From assembly GCA_021371915.1 (NCBI GenBank), contig JAJFVG010000144.1, positions 28,328-92,327 of the forward strand: a stretch of 64,000 nucleotides of DNA, given 5' to 3'. Shown here piece after piece: positions 38,276 to 47,381 of the stretch; the first letter of the stretch is position 1; each line of letters starts with the position of its first letter. The notes beneath the pieces are model-generated. The model searched no databases and was not told the origin of the DNA. It saw only the letters and a list, made by a program, of their open reading frames with translations. The translations under genes and the position numbers were made by a program. Origin of the DNA: Nitrospiraceae bacterium (lineage in GTDB: Bacteria > Nitrospirota > Thermodesulfovibrionia > Thermodesulfovibrionales > Dissulfurispiraceae).

Positions 38276-39043
38276 TTAACCTTTGTCCTTTGCCTCGTTC
38301 CAGAGGCTGTCCATCTCTTGCAGGCTCATCTCAGAGAGCTTTTTGCCCATGTCAGCAGCCCTCATCTCTATATGGCGGAAGCGGTGTATGAACTTGCTGA
38401 TAGTCCTTCGCAGGGCTTCTTCAGGATTCACGCCTATGAATCTTGCTATGTTCACGAGCGAAAAAAACACATCACCAAGTTCATCCTGCATGGCTGCCTG
38501 ATCTTCAGAGCCAAGCGCCTCTTTAAACTCGGCTATCTCTTCATCGAGCTTTTCTATCACATCCTCTTTTTTGTCCCAGTCAAATCCAACGCGGGCAGCC
38601 CTGGACTGTATCCTGTGCGCTCTCAGCAGAGAAGGCATCTGGTTTGGTATGCCCTCAAGTATGGAGTCGCGCTGCTTGCCTTCCTCTTTTTTTCTCTCTT
38701 CCCACTGCTTAAGCACTTCTTCAGATGTCTCGAACTTTTCATTGCCGAACACATGCGGATGCCGGGATATCATCTTCCTGCTTATCCTGTCTATTACATC
38801 GTTGATGTCGAACTCAGCGCTCTCTTTGGCTACCTGGCAGTGGAAGATTATCTGGAAGAGCAGATCACCAAGCTCCTCCTTTATCTGCTCAGGGCTGTTT
38901 CGCTCGATAGCATCGAGCACTTCGTATGTCTCTTCAACAAGAAATGGGGTGAGCGACTGCCTGGTCTGCTCTTTGTCCCAGGGGCATCCGTTTTCACTGC
39001 GGAGCGCAGCCATTATATCTACAAGTTTTTTGAAGTTTTCCAT
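38276..39043 (-). CDS. mazG: nucleoside triphosphate pyrophosphohydrolase MazG
   Basis: Tandem MazG domains (EETYEVLDAIE, ELGDLLFQI, ELGDVFFSL). The start at MENFKK (39043) is chosen because the track N-terminus runs through the purC terminator hairpin. Confidence 0.9.
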   Translation of the reverse strand: MENFKKLVDIMAALRSENGCPWDKEQTRQSLTPFLVEETYEVLDAIERNSPEQIKEELGDLLFQIIFHCQVAKESAEFDINDVIDRISRKMISRHPHVFGNEKFETSEEVLKQWEERKKEEGKQRDSILEGIPNQMPSLLRAHRIQSRAARVGFDWDKKEDVIEKLDEEIAEFKEALGSEDQAAMQDELGDVFFSLVNIARFIGVNPEEALRRTISKFIHRFRHIEMRAADMGKKLSEMSLQEMDSLWNEAKDKG

Positions 39044-39062
39044 CTCTGCTCCGGAATATTTT

Positions 39063-39099
39063 AAAAAAACAGCAGCGGCCCGCAATAGCGGGCCGCTGC
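39063..39099 (-). terminator. rho-independent terminator of purC
   Basis: GCAGCGGCCCGC-AATA-GCGGGCCGCTGC, followed on the minus strand by GTTTTTTTAA. Confidence 0.75.
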
Positions 39100-39113
39100 A
39101 TCAAATGTCGAAT

Positions 39114-39992
39114 CTATTTTGTGAGTATGTCCAGAATCGCGTTATATCTTGCTGCTGTCTTGTCAACAATCTCCTGCGGCAGCTCAGGGCCGGGATATGT
39201 CTTGTCCCAATCAAGGGTAAGCAGGTAGTCGCGGACTATCTGCTTGTCAAAACTGTCCTGGGGCCTTCCGGGGGCATAATCCTGTGCTGACCAGAATCTT
39301 GATGAGTCAGGAGTAAGCAGTTCGTCAATTATGATAAGCTTGTTGTCGAAGATGCCGAACTCCATCTTTGTATCAGCTATGATAATGCCCTTTTTCTCTG
39401 CCATCTCGCGGGCATTTGTATATACTTTAAGCGCTATGTTGCTTGCCTGCTCTGCTGTTTCTTTTCCGACAATCCTTGCCATCTCCTCAAACCCGATGTT
39501 TATGTCGTGCCCTTCTTCAGCTTTTGTGCTTGGAGTAAAGACAGGTTCATCAAGCCTCGATGAATCAACAAGTCCTGCAGGCAGCTTTATGCCGCAGACA
39601 GTGCCGCTGGACTTATACTCTTTCCAGCCTGAACCGGAAAGATATCCGCGCACAATGCACTCAACAGGCAGAGGTTCGGCCTTTTTGACCAGCATGCTTC
39701 TGCCCTCAAGAACAGCCTTGTGTTTTCTTGCGGCTTCAGGATACTGGTCAGGGTCTGTTGCTATGATATGGTTTTCCACTATGTCTTTCATCTGGCTGAA
39801 CCAGTATTCGGAAATCATGTTAAGCACCCTGCCCTTGCCGGGGATGCCGTTTGGCAGCACTACATCGAATGCAGAAACCCTGTCTGTAACAACGATAAGC
39901 AGATTGTCCTCTATGTCATATACATCGCGTACCTTGCCTCTTCTGATCAGCTTCATGTTGTCAAAATCCGTCCGCATCACCATCTGCTCCAT
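39114..39992 (-). CDS. purC: phosphoribosylaminoimidazole-succinocarboxamide (SAICAR) synthase
   Basis: [21 protein letters not shown] and ADTKMEFG motifs. 292 aa. Confidence 0.95.
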   Translation of the reverse strand: MEQMVMRTDFDNMKLIRRGKVRDVYDIEDNLLIVVTDRVSAFDVVLPNGIPGKGRVLNMISEYWFSQMKDIVENHIIATDPDQYPEAARKHKAVLEGRSMLVKKAEPLPVECIVRGYLSGSGWKEYKSSGTVCGIKLPAGLVDSSRLDEPVFTPSTKAEEGHDINIGFEEMARIVGKETAEQASNIALKVYTNAREMAEKKGIIIADTKMEFGIFDNKLIIIDELLTPDSSRFWSAQDYAPGRPQDSFDKQIVRDYLLTLDWDKTYPGPELPQEIVDKTAARYNAILDILTK

Positions 39993-40071
39993 CTGAATCC
40001 TCCTGATACAGTATTACCGCCCAATTGCAAAGAATAACATAAATAAGGGCATAGCTGACAGGGCCGAGCTG

Positions 40072-42090
40072 TTAAACTTTTTCTATTACAAAGAGCAGCT
40101 GGCCTTCCTGAACCGTGTCATTCAGCTTTATACAGACCTCAACAATCTGTCCGTCGAATGGAGCTGCTATAGCATTCTCCATCTTCATTGCCTCAAGGTT
40201 TGCGATCTCTTCGCCTTTGTGAACAATGTCGCCTGCCTTCAGAGCGCCGCGCTCAGGGTTGCCGATCCTCCATACACTTCCGTTTATCGGAGCGCCTATG
40301 TCGGATGCTGTCTTGGCCATCCTTATCTCTACCTTTCTCGCCCTCGGAGTCTCGACAGTGTACACCCTGGTCTTGTTGTTCACCTTCATAACAACATGGA
40401 TAAGGCCTTCATGCTCAGAGCCGGTGGATACAAGCTCTATGCAGTAGGGCTTGCCCCACAGCTCGAACTCAACCCTGTCCCCAGGCTTTTTAAGACCTTC
40501 GCGCCACACGTCTGTGGGCAGATGAATAGGCGCTTCACCATACTTTTCCCTGAATGATATGAACTCCACAGCGTCCTTTGGATGCATGAGATACAGAATA
40601 AACTCCTCTTCAGAAAATGCCCTGCCGATTGCATCAGCAAATTCCGCGCGCAGCCTTGCAAGATCATCCTGCGGAACTGAATCAAGTGGAGAGATATCCT
40701 TTCTCTCTTTTATCTTCTCTTTCCATACATCCCCAAACGCGCTTTCATACACCCAGTCATCAGGCCAGCCCATCGGCAGTCTGCCATAGCCGCCAAGCAG
40801 CAGGTTCTTGAAATCTCCAGGAGCGTTTCTGAAGAGCATCAGCAGTTCATCCTGCTCGTGTCTGTCCATGCTGCTGAAGTTCTGATTCTGCTCTTCAACA
40901 AATTTTTCGAGCAATTTTATTATGTGCTTCACTCCTGCGTTGCCGCGCTCCTTGTCATATCTGTTTACAATGCCGCTGCATGTTACCCAGGTGATCTGCG
41001 AGCCAGGAGTTACATCGAAATATTTTATTATCCTGTTGTAGAGCGACATTACCGCAAGTATTGCAGGCATCAGATGCAGAAAACCGCCCTGCTCTGCCTG
41101 CTCAAACGAACTGGGGAATGCGCCGCCAGGCATCCTGTGCTTTGTAACATTATGATCGTAGCCCTTGAATGGAGACTCTGCCCACTCGTACTGGCTTATC
41201 CATTCCCTCACCTGCTGCACAGAGGCCTCGACAGACGCTCTGTCTATATTCACCGGGATGCCTGACTCTTCAAGATACGCTATCAGTCCGAGTATCGGAG
41301 CCTGTCCGTAAAAACGGGTGAACGTATCCTCCTGCGCATCGAGTATCTTTGCGCCGGCCTTTGCAGCAGCAAGCAGCGCGGGCATTGCGAGTCCGTCCGT
41401 AGAGTGCCTGTGGTACTGCACAACAAGGTCAGGATACTTCTGTTTGATCGCATCAACAAGGCTGCTGATCCTGGCCGGGCTGCCGACGCCTGCCATGTCT
41501 TTTATGCAGAGTATCATGCTGTCCGTACCGCTGCAGAGTTCAACCATCTGCTGCGCAACTCCGAGGTAATAGTCATTGGTTGTCCAGTCAGCCTGGGTGA
41601 ATGATATGGCAGGCTCAAAAAGCCTGTTCCTCTTCATTACAGCCTCTGCCACTGTACGCATGTTGCGCACATCATTCAGAAACGAGAAGCAGCGCCACAC
41701 ATCAATATCAACTGTAGAGACAACTTTCTCTATAACATTTTTGGGATACGGCCTGTAGCCAAACAGGTTCGTTTCTCTCACAAGCGTCTGAAGGAGCACA
41801 TTAGGCATAAGCTGCCTGAGCATCTCGATCTCCTCAAACGGATCCTCTTTTCTGTTCATCACACCCACATGCCAGCGCGCGCCGCCGTGGCACTCTGCGC
41901 TGAAGAGCCCCATGTCATTGTAGAAAGGAGCCAGTGTAACAAGATCGTGTATCCTGGGTCTGTTCTTGAAGTCAGACTGTCCGGCATCTCTCATTCCGGT
42001 TGATGTGATGAACACGCCTTCTGATGATCTCAATTTTGAGACTATCTCTTTTGCCGGCGTATTTGGTTTTATGAATTTTGTATTTTTCAT
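40072..42090 (-). CDS. biotin-dependent carboxylase, carboxyltransferase plus biotinyl-carrier subunit (PycB / OadA / 2-oxoglutarate carboxylase large-subunit type)
   Basis: TIM-barrel carboxyltransferase region (ECHGGARW, KDMAGV, HRHSTDG) and a C-terminal biotinyl domain with EAMKMEN. The start at MKNTKF (42090) is 4 nt after the upstream stop. Confidence 0.85.
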   Translation of the reverse strand: MKNTKFIKPNTPAKEIVSKLRSSEGVFITSTGMRDAGQSDFKNRPRIHDLVTLAPFYNDMGLFSAECHGGARWHVGVMNRKEDPFEEIEMLRQLMPNVLLQTLVRETNLFGYRPYPKNVIEKVVSTVDIDVWRCFSFLNDVRNMRTVAEAVMKRNRLFEPAISFTQADWTTNDYYLGVAQQMVELCSGTDSMILCIKDMAGVGSPARISSLVDAIKQKYPDLVVQYHRHSTDGLAMPALLAAAKAGAKILDAQEDTFTRFYGQAPILGLIAYLEESGIPVNIDRASVEASVQQVREWISQYEWAESPFKGYDHNVTKHRMPGGAFPSSFEQAEQGGFLHLMPAILAVMSLYNRIIKYFDVTPGSQITWVTCSGIVNRYDKERGNAGVKHIIKLLEKFVEEQNQNFSSMDRHEQDELLMLFRNAPGDFKNLLLGGYGRLPMGWPDDWVYESAFGDVWKEKIKERKDISPLDSVPQDDLARLRAEFADAIGRAFSEEEFILYLMHPKDAVEFISFREKYGEAPIHLPTDVWREGLKKPGDRVEFELWGKPYCIELVSTGSEHEGLIHVVMKVNNKTRVYTVETPRARKVEIRMAKTASDIGAPINGSVWRIGNPERGALKAGDIVHKGEEIANLEAMKMENAIAAPFDGQIVEVCIKLNDTVQEGQLLFVIEKV

Positions 42091-42094
42091 AGCA

Positions 42095-43552
42095 TCACAT
42101 CCATTTCTGAGGGCCGAGCGCTGATATCTCTGCAACATATCCGGCAATCTTGAGCGCCTCGTCCTCGCTGTTTTTTTCCTTGAACATGGAGATAAGCTCA
42201 TCCATGTGCTCTTCTATAAACCTTGTAGAGAATTCACCGGCTATAAAGGACGGATGCCTTATTATGCTCAGAAGCAGCGGCGCAAGCGTCTTTACGCCCT
42301 CGACTCTCAGATTTCTGCTGAGCGCCCTGTCCATTGTCCTTATTGCATCGCTCCTGTCAGCTCCGGCTGTCATAAGAAGCATAAAAAGAGAATCATAGTA
42401 AGGCGGTATGTCCGCGCCTTCATATACTCCGTTTGCTATTCTTACGCCAGGGCCGTCAGGCGTCTTTAGCCTTGTTATGGAACCGAAAGACGGACTGAAT
42501 GTCTTTGGGTCCTCTGCATTGAGCCGCACTTCAAGGGCCCATCTGTTGGGGAAGATATGCTCCTGCTCAAAAGGCAGCTTTCTGCCCCTTGCAACATCAA
42601 TCATTATGCTAACTATATCTAGACCTGTTATCAGCTCGGTTATGCCGTGCTCAACCTGTAGTCTTGTGTTCACTTCAAGGAAATAGAACCTGCGAGTGTT
42701 GATGTCAAAGATGAACTCAACAGTACCGGCAGTGGAGTAGCCTATCTCACGCATCAGACGAACTGCGGTGAAGCATATCTCCTGACGCAATCCGCTGTCG
42801 AGCGTTGGTGAAGGAGCTTCCTCTATTATCTTCTGGTTCCTGCGCTGGAGCGTGCATTCCCTTTCGAAAAGATGCACAACATTGCCGTATGAGTCAGCTA
42901 CTATCTGCACCTCTATATGCCTGCCGCGCTCTATGTATTTTTCAGCAAGTATGGTGCTGTCGCCGAATGACTTTCGCGCCTCTGACTGCGCCTGCGCAAA
43001 TGCCTGTGCAAGCTGCTCCTGCCTTTCGACCTTCACCATGCCCTTGCCTCCGCCGCCTGCAGCAGCCTTGAGCATCACGGGAAAAGCAACATCATCCTTT
43101 TTCATCCATTTGACAATGTCATCAGCGCTCTTCACATCGCTTATGCCGGGGATAGTGGGTATATGCGCCTTTTCAGCAATCTGCTTTGCCCTTATCTTGT
43201 CGCCCATCAGGTCTATGACCTTTGGGGACGGGCCTATCCATACAAGCCCTGCATCAATAACCTTCTGCGCGAATGTGCTGTTTTCAGCCAGGAAGCCCCA
43301 ACCCGGATGCACTGCATCAGAGCCGGTGCTGAGGGCAGCATTGATCATCTTGTCCATATTGAGATAGGATTCAACAGGCGGAGCCTCACCTATATGCACG
43401 GCTGTGTCAGCCATGAGCACATGCTGCGCCAGTCTGTCCGGTGTGCTGTATACAGCCGTGGTGGGTATCATCAGGTCTCTGCATGTATGCATTATCCTGA
43501 CAGCAGGCACACCCCTGTTTGCGATAAGTATCTTTTTGATCTGTTGTTCCAT
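42095..43552 (-). CDS. biotin carboxylase subunit (PycA/AccC type, ATP-grasp)
   Basis: KILIANRGVPAVRIMHTC, MLKAAAGGGGKGM and EVNTRLQVEH motifs. 485 aa. Confidence 0.9.
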   Translation of the reverse strand: MEQQIKKILIANRGVPAVRIMHTCRDLMIPTTAVYSTPDRLAQHVLMADTAVHIGEAPPVESYLNMDKMINAALSTGSDAVHPGWGFLAENSTFAQKVIDAGLVWIGPSPKVIDLMGDKIRAKQIAEKAHIPTIPGISDVKSADDIVKWMKKDDVAFPVMLKAAAGGGGKGMVKVERQEQLAQAFAQAQSEARKSFGDSTILAEKYIERGRHIEVQIVADSYGNVVHLFERECTLQRRNQKIIEEAPSPTLDSGLRQEICFTAVRLMREIGYSTAGTVEFIFDINTRRFYFLEVNTRLQVEHGITELITGLDIVSIMIDVARGRKLPFEQEHIFPNRWALEVRLNAEDPKTFSPSFGSITRLKTPDGPGVRIANGVYEGADIPPYYDSLFMLLMTAGADRSDAIRTMDRALSRNLRVEGVKTLAPLLLSIIRHPSFIAGEFSTRFIEEHMDELISMFKEKNSEDEALKIAGYVAEISALGPQKWM

Positions 43553-43595
43553 TGCCTCGTTCCCTCTGTTCGTTTATTTTATTTATTGTTTGCGG

Positions 43596-44237
43596 TCATC
43601 TTACGGTTATATTCAAGTTTATGTCTTCAAACCGGTCTTCAGCAGGGTTGTATCTGTATACAGCGCCGGTGCCTATCTCATAGTACCAGCCATGCAGAAA
43701 GAGCCTGCCTGCCTCCAGCATCTCCTTCACAAAAGGATATGTCTGTATGTTGTTGAGCTGAAGGAGTATGTTCTCCTTTTCCGCTATGCACTGCCTCTGG
43801 TTTCCAGATGCTTGGGGATAGTATTTCGCAGCTATGACTGAAGCAGGCCTGGCCAGTGCGAGCCACTCGGCAAGATGCGGAGCGCCTTCAAAATATTCAT
43901 CATCCTCATACAGCGCCTTTACCGCGCCGCAGTTGGAATGCCCGCAGATGATGATGTCTGACACCTTCAGCTTCATAACAGCAAATTCTATTGCAGCTGC
44001 AACGCTGTTTTTGTCCTTCAGCGCATCATACGGAGGAACAACATTCCCGATATTTCTGAGAATAAAAATCTCCCCAGGCCTGCTCTGCGTAACCAGGTTC
44101 GGATCAACTCTCGAATCAGCGCAGGTTATGAACAGAACCTCAGGCGACTGCGAATGCGAAAGCCCCCTGAAGAACTCTTCCTCCTCTTTGAAAAAGGCCT
44201 TTCTGAACTTATGTATGCCTTTATACAGCTTCTCCAT
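43596..44237 (-). CDS. beta-class carbonic anhydrase
   Basis: Zinc ligand motifs CADSRV and GHSNCGA. 213 aa. Confidence 0.9.
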   Translation of the reverse strand: MEKLYKGIHKFRKAFFKEEEEFFRGLSHSQSPEVLFITCADSRVDPNLVTQSRPGEIFILRNIGNVVPPYDALKDKNSVAAAIEFAVMKLKVSDIIICGHSNCGAVKALYEDDEYFEGAPHLAEWLALARPASVIAAKYYPQASGNQRQCIAEKENILLQLNNIQTYPFVKEMLEAGRLFLHGWYYEIGTGAVYRYNPAEDRFEDINLNITVR

Positions 44238-44310
44238 ACAAATCTCCCGTCATGGTTTAAACTCTTGGAATTTTATTAGACTGCCGGAAGATCAGCAGAC
44301 AGCTGCTGTC

Positions 44311-44811
44311 CTACTTCTTTGTGTCCTGTTTCACTTCCTCTGATTTTGCTAACAGTTCCTGACGGGTCTTTTCCCTGAACTGGTCCAATTTGCCGGATAT
44401 CTCAGGATACTTTATTGAAAGAATTGAACACGCAAGATACGCAGCGTTTTTTGCTCCGTCAACTGCAACAGTCGCAACAGGGACGCCGGGCGGCATCTGT
44501 ACTGTTGAATAAAGCGCATCAACACCCGCGAGCGCCCCGGACTTGAGCGGCACGCCTATAACAGGAAGGGTGGTGTGGGATGCAACCACTCCGGCAAGGT
44601 GTGCTGCCATACCGGCTCCTGCTATCAGAACCTCTATGCCCCTCTGCCTTGCTGAACGTGAATACTCGGCAGTAATATCAGGCAGGCGGTGCGCTGAGCA
44701 TATCTGCATCTCATGCTCCACACCCATCTCTTTGAGCACATCAGCTGCTGCCTGCATGACAGGAAGATCGCTGGTGCTACCCATGAGTATGCCGACAAGT
44801 GGTTTCTTCAT
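44311..44811 (-). CDS. purE: N5-carboxyaminoimidazole ribonucleotide mutase (class I PurE)
   Basis: VGILMGSTSDL, SAHRLP and AGMAAHLAGVVA motifs. Confidence 0.95.
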   Translation of the reverse strand: MKKPLVGILMGSTSDLPVMQAAADVLKEMGVEHEMQICSAHRLPDITAEYSRSARQRGIEVLIAGAGMAAHLAGVVASHTTLPVIGVPLKSGALAGVDALYSTVQMPPGVPVATVAVDGAKNAAYLACSILSIKYPEISGKLDQFREKTRQELLAKSEEVKQDTKK

Positions 44812-44911
44812 TTTTTCTCCATTGATAACGCTTCTATAGTATCACAGAAATCCGGATTTAATAAAGACAAAAATAGCAGGAATTCAAGGCAGTTGAAGGG
44901 TTTGACCGGGA

Positions 44912-46033
44912 TCAGTCCTTTATCCTGATCCTAGTTGAATCGCCTTCGCTGGACATGTTGCCCACAGACTCCAGAAGCCCTTTGTGGACTATCTTGCCGC
45001 CGTAGGTATTGAGAGCTGACTTTACAGCACTGCTCGTTTTTATGGCTTCATCAATGCCGAGGTCAGCTATTTCTTTTATGAATGGAATGGTGGCATTGGT
45101 CAGGGTTATGGATGAGGTGACAGGATAGGCGCTCGGCATATTCGGTACAGCATAGTGAGTTATGTTGTCCACCTCGTACACCGGATTGCTGTGCGTGGTG
45201 GGCAGGGTTGTCTCAAAACAGCCACCCTGGTCAACAGCAACATCCACTATTACAGAGCCTTTTTTAAGGGTTCTGAGCATTATCCTTTTTACAAGAGTCT
45301 CTGCTTTTTTGCCTGTGTTGTGCACTGCGCCGACAATTATGTCCGCTGTCCTGATTTCGTTATAAAGGTCCCTGTCGGAAATAACGATAGTGCGCACCCT
45401 GCCTGCAAACATCTTGTCTATCTCGACAAGCTTCTGCACGGAATGGTTCATAACAACCGTATCCATGCCAAGGCTGCTGCCGATGACGGCCGCATTTATG
45501 CCGACCGTGCCTGCGCCGAGTATCAGCATCTTTGCAGGACGCGCTCCTGCAACACCGGTTGGGAGCACTCCTGTGCCGCCGAAGTTTTTCTGCAAGTAAA
45601 ACGCGCCTATAAGCGGAGCCATCTTGCCGGCTATCTCGCTCATGGGCCTTAATATGGGTAGTGAACCATCCTTTTCAAGTGTCTCATAAGCAAACGCTGT
45701 AACCTTGTTTTCGAGCAGACGCTTGAGAAGATCCGCATTTGCAGCAAGATGTAGAAATGCAAATACAGCCTGACCGGGCATAAGCATATCGATCTCTTCA
45801 GCAGTGGGCTCCTTAACCTTGACGATAAGGTCAGCCTCATCGAAAATCCTCTTTTTATCGAAGAGCTCCACACCTACAAGATCGTACTCCGAGTCCTCAT
45901 ACCCGCAAAAGTCGCCGGCCCCATGTTCGAGCCAGACACTATGCCCTGCCTTTATCAGCAGTTGAGCAGCATCAGGCGTGAGCGCCACCCTGTATTCATC
46001 TTTTTTTGTCTCTCTCGGAACGCCTATAATCAT
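44912..46033 (-). CDS. ald: alanine dehydrogenase
   Basis: MIIGVPRETKKDEYRVALTP and the NAD-binding LILGAGTVGINAA. 373 aa. Confidence 0.9.
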   Translation of the reverse strand: MIIGVPRETKKDEYRVALTPDAAQLLIKAGHSVWLEHGAGDFCGYEDSEYDLVGVELFDKKRIFDEADLIVKVKEPTAEEIDMLMPGQAVFAFLHLAANADLLKRLLENKVTAFAYETLEKDGSLPILRPMSEIAGKMAPLIGAFYLQKNFGGTGVLPTGVAGARPAKMLILGAGTVGINAAVIGSSLGMDTVVMNHSVQKLVEIDKMFAGRVRTIVISDRDLYNEIRTADIIVGAVHNTGKKAETLVKRIMLRTLKKGSVIVDVAVDQGGCFETTLPTTHSNPVYEVDNITHYAVPNMPSAYPVTSSITLTNATIPFIKEIADLGIDEAIKTSSAVKSALNTYGGKIVHKGLLESVGNMSSEGDSTRIRIKD

Positions 46034-46079
46034 CTTTCAGTCTCCAACCCAATTATATACCAAACCGGTCCTGGAATCG

Positions 46080-47381
46080 TCAGTTTTTACCCCATGAAGA
46101 AATAAAGTCGGAATATGTTATGCCGAATGAGCTGCTGAATGCCTGTTCAATGTCGCTGTTTTTTGCGTAGCTCCTTAGCATATCCATCATCCTCGCATGC
46201 CCGTATTTGTCAACCATGTCAGAGACAGCAGACCAGCTCTGCACATAGGCAAGGCCGACGAATTGGCCTGAAAGCCATGAAAACGAGTGTTCAAGATTTT
46301 TGAGAGGGATAATCTGCCTCACCTTTTTGGGATGACTTCTCGAAAAATATTCCGCAAGCCCTTCATTGATCCATAACGGACAGCGTCTTGTTATCGACCA
46401 TATCACTGCATGGACATATTCATGAAACAGCACTGTCCTCAAAAGCGTATCATTATGTTCAGCGCCTTTTACAGGTATTTTTATCCTGCCGTCAAAGAGC
46501 CCGCCTGACCACTCCGGCGCCTGGGTTACATCAAAGAAATCCTTGCCGGTGTAAAGAATAACCTCAACAGTCTGCTCAGGGAAGTAGCCGGTCTCGCTGC
46601 CCACCTTTCTGTAGGCATCATCGAGGTGATTAAGAACAACCCTGCTTATTTTGCCGTGTTCATAACCGTCGAATATCACTTTGAAGCGCGATGCGCTCTC
46701 ATCAATATATCTCTTGTGGGTTGCTGTCTCCTTATGCAGCCTGTTCAAAAATGCTCTCAGCTCAGGATCATTTTTTACAGCAAGACCTTTTTCAGCGCTG
46801 CTGATGCTCTTTGGGATATTGTTAACTCGGTAGTAGGCATACGAGAGAAATTTATTCCTCATGAATCCTCCGTCAACATCAGGAGCTGATTCGAGATATT
46901 CGATCGCTTTTTCATAATCCCTCAGCATAAAACTCGAAATGCCTGCGCCCAAAAGCGCAGACCTGTTTTTACGGGATGCCTCAAGAAATAGCTTGAGACT
47001 GCTGTCAAATCTTCCCCTGTTTAACTCCTCCTGCGCCTTTGCTATCAACTCAAGGCTGTTGTCAGGTTCAGCAGCAGGAGACTTTCTTTTGACTGGATCT
47101 GAAGCAGGTGCGTTATCCGGCAGGGATGGAATTGATACAGGGACTGTCGGCTGCAACGCGGAGTTTGCCGCTTCCGCAGGGATAGAAGGTTCAACAGGCA
47201 GAACATCAGCAGATTGCTTCACATCAGCAGCAGTGGTATCTGCAGTTTTTTTTGTACCGAACAGATAGAGCGGAAGCACAGCGAGAAAACAAAGAAGTAT
47301 AAGAACATAAATAATGCGGTTTCTTATGTATGCCTCCTCAGCCCAGGTAACATACTGCCTCGTCAAGGTGCTCTTTCTCAC
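46080..47381 (-). CDS. membrane-anchored TPR plus HExxH (peptidase MA-like) protein
   Basis: N-terminal TM helix, a Pro/Ala-rich linker, TPR-like helices and FHEYVHAV (HExxH). The start is uncertain (GTG 47381 or TTG 47366) and overlaps the upstream gene's 3' end. Confidence 0.65.
   Translation of the reverse strand: MRKSTLTRQYVTWAEEAYIRNRIIYVLILLCFLAVLPLYLFGTKKTADTTAADVKQSADVLPVEPSIPAEAANSALQPTVPVSIPSLPDNAPASDPVKRKSPAAEPDNSLELIAKAQEELNRGRFDSSLKLFLEASRKNRSALLGAGISSFMLRDYEKAIEYLESAPDVDGGFMRNKFLSYAYYRVNNIPKSISSAEKGLAVKNDPELRAFLNRLHKETATHKRYIDESASRFKVIFDGYEHGKISRVVLNHLDDAYRKVGSETGYFPEQTVEVILYTGKDFFDVTQAPEWSGGLFDGRIKIPVKGAEHNDTLLRTVLFHEYVHAVIWSITRRCPLWINEGLAEYFSRSHPKKVRQIIPLKNLEHSFSWLSGQFVGLAYVQSWSAVSDMVDKYGHARMMDMLRSYAKNSDIEQAFSSSFGITYSDFISSWGKN

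Noticed and set aside
39072-39099. Shared GC-rich core GCGGCCCGC-N4-GCGGGCCGC in two hairpins (39072-39099 and 51971-51996), as a possible dispersed REP-like repeat family.
   Set aside because: There are only two copies in 64 kb. Both sit exactly at 3' ends of genes with T-runs, so they are adequately explained as intrinsic terminators. Genome-wide counting would be needed to claim a repeat family.
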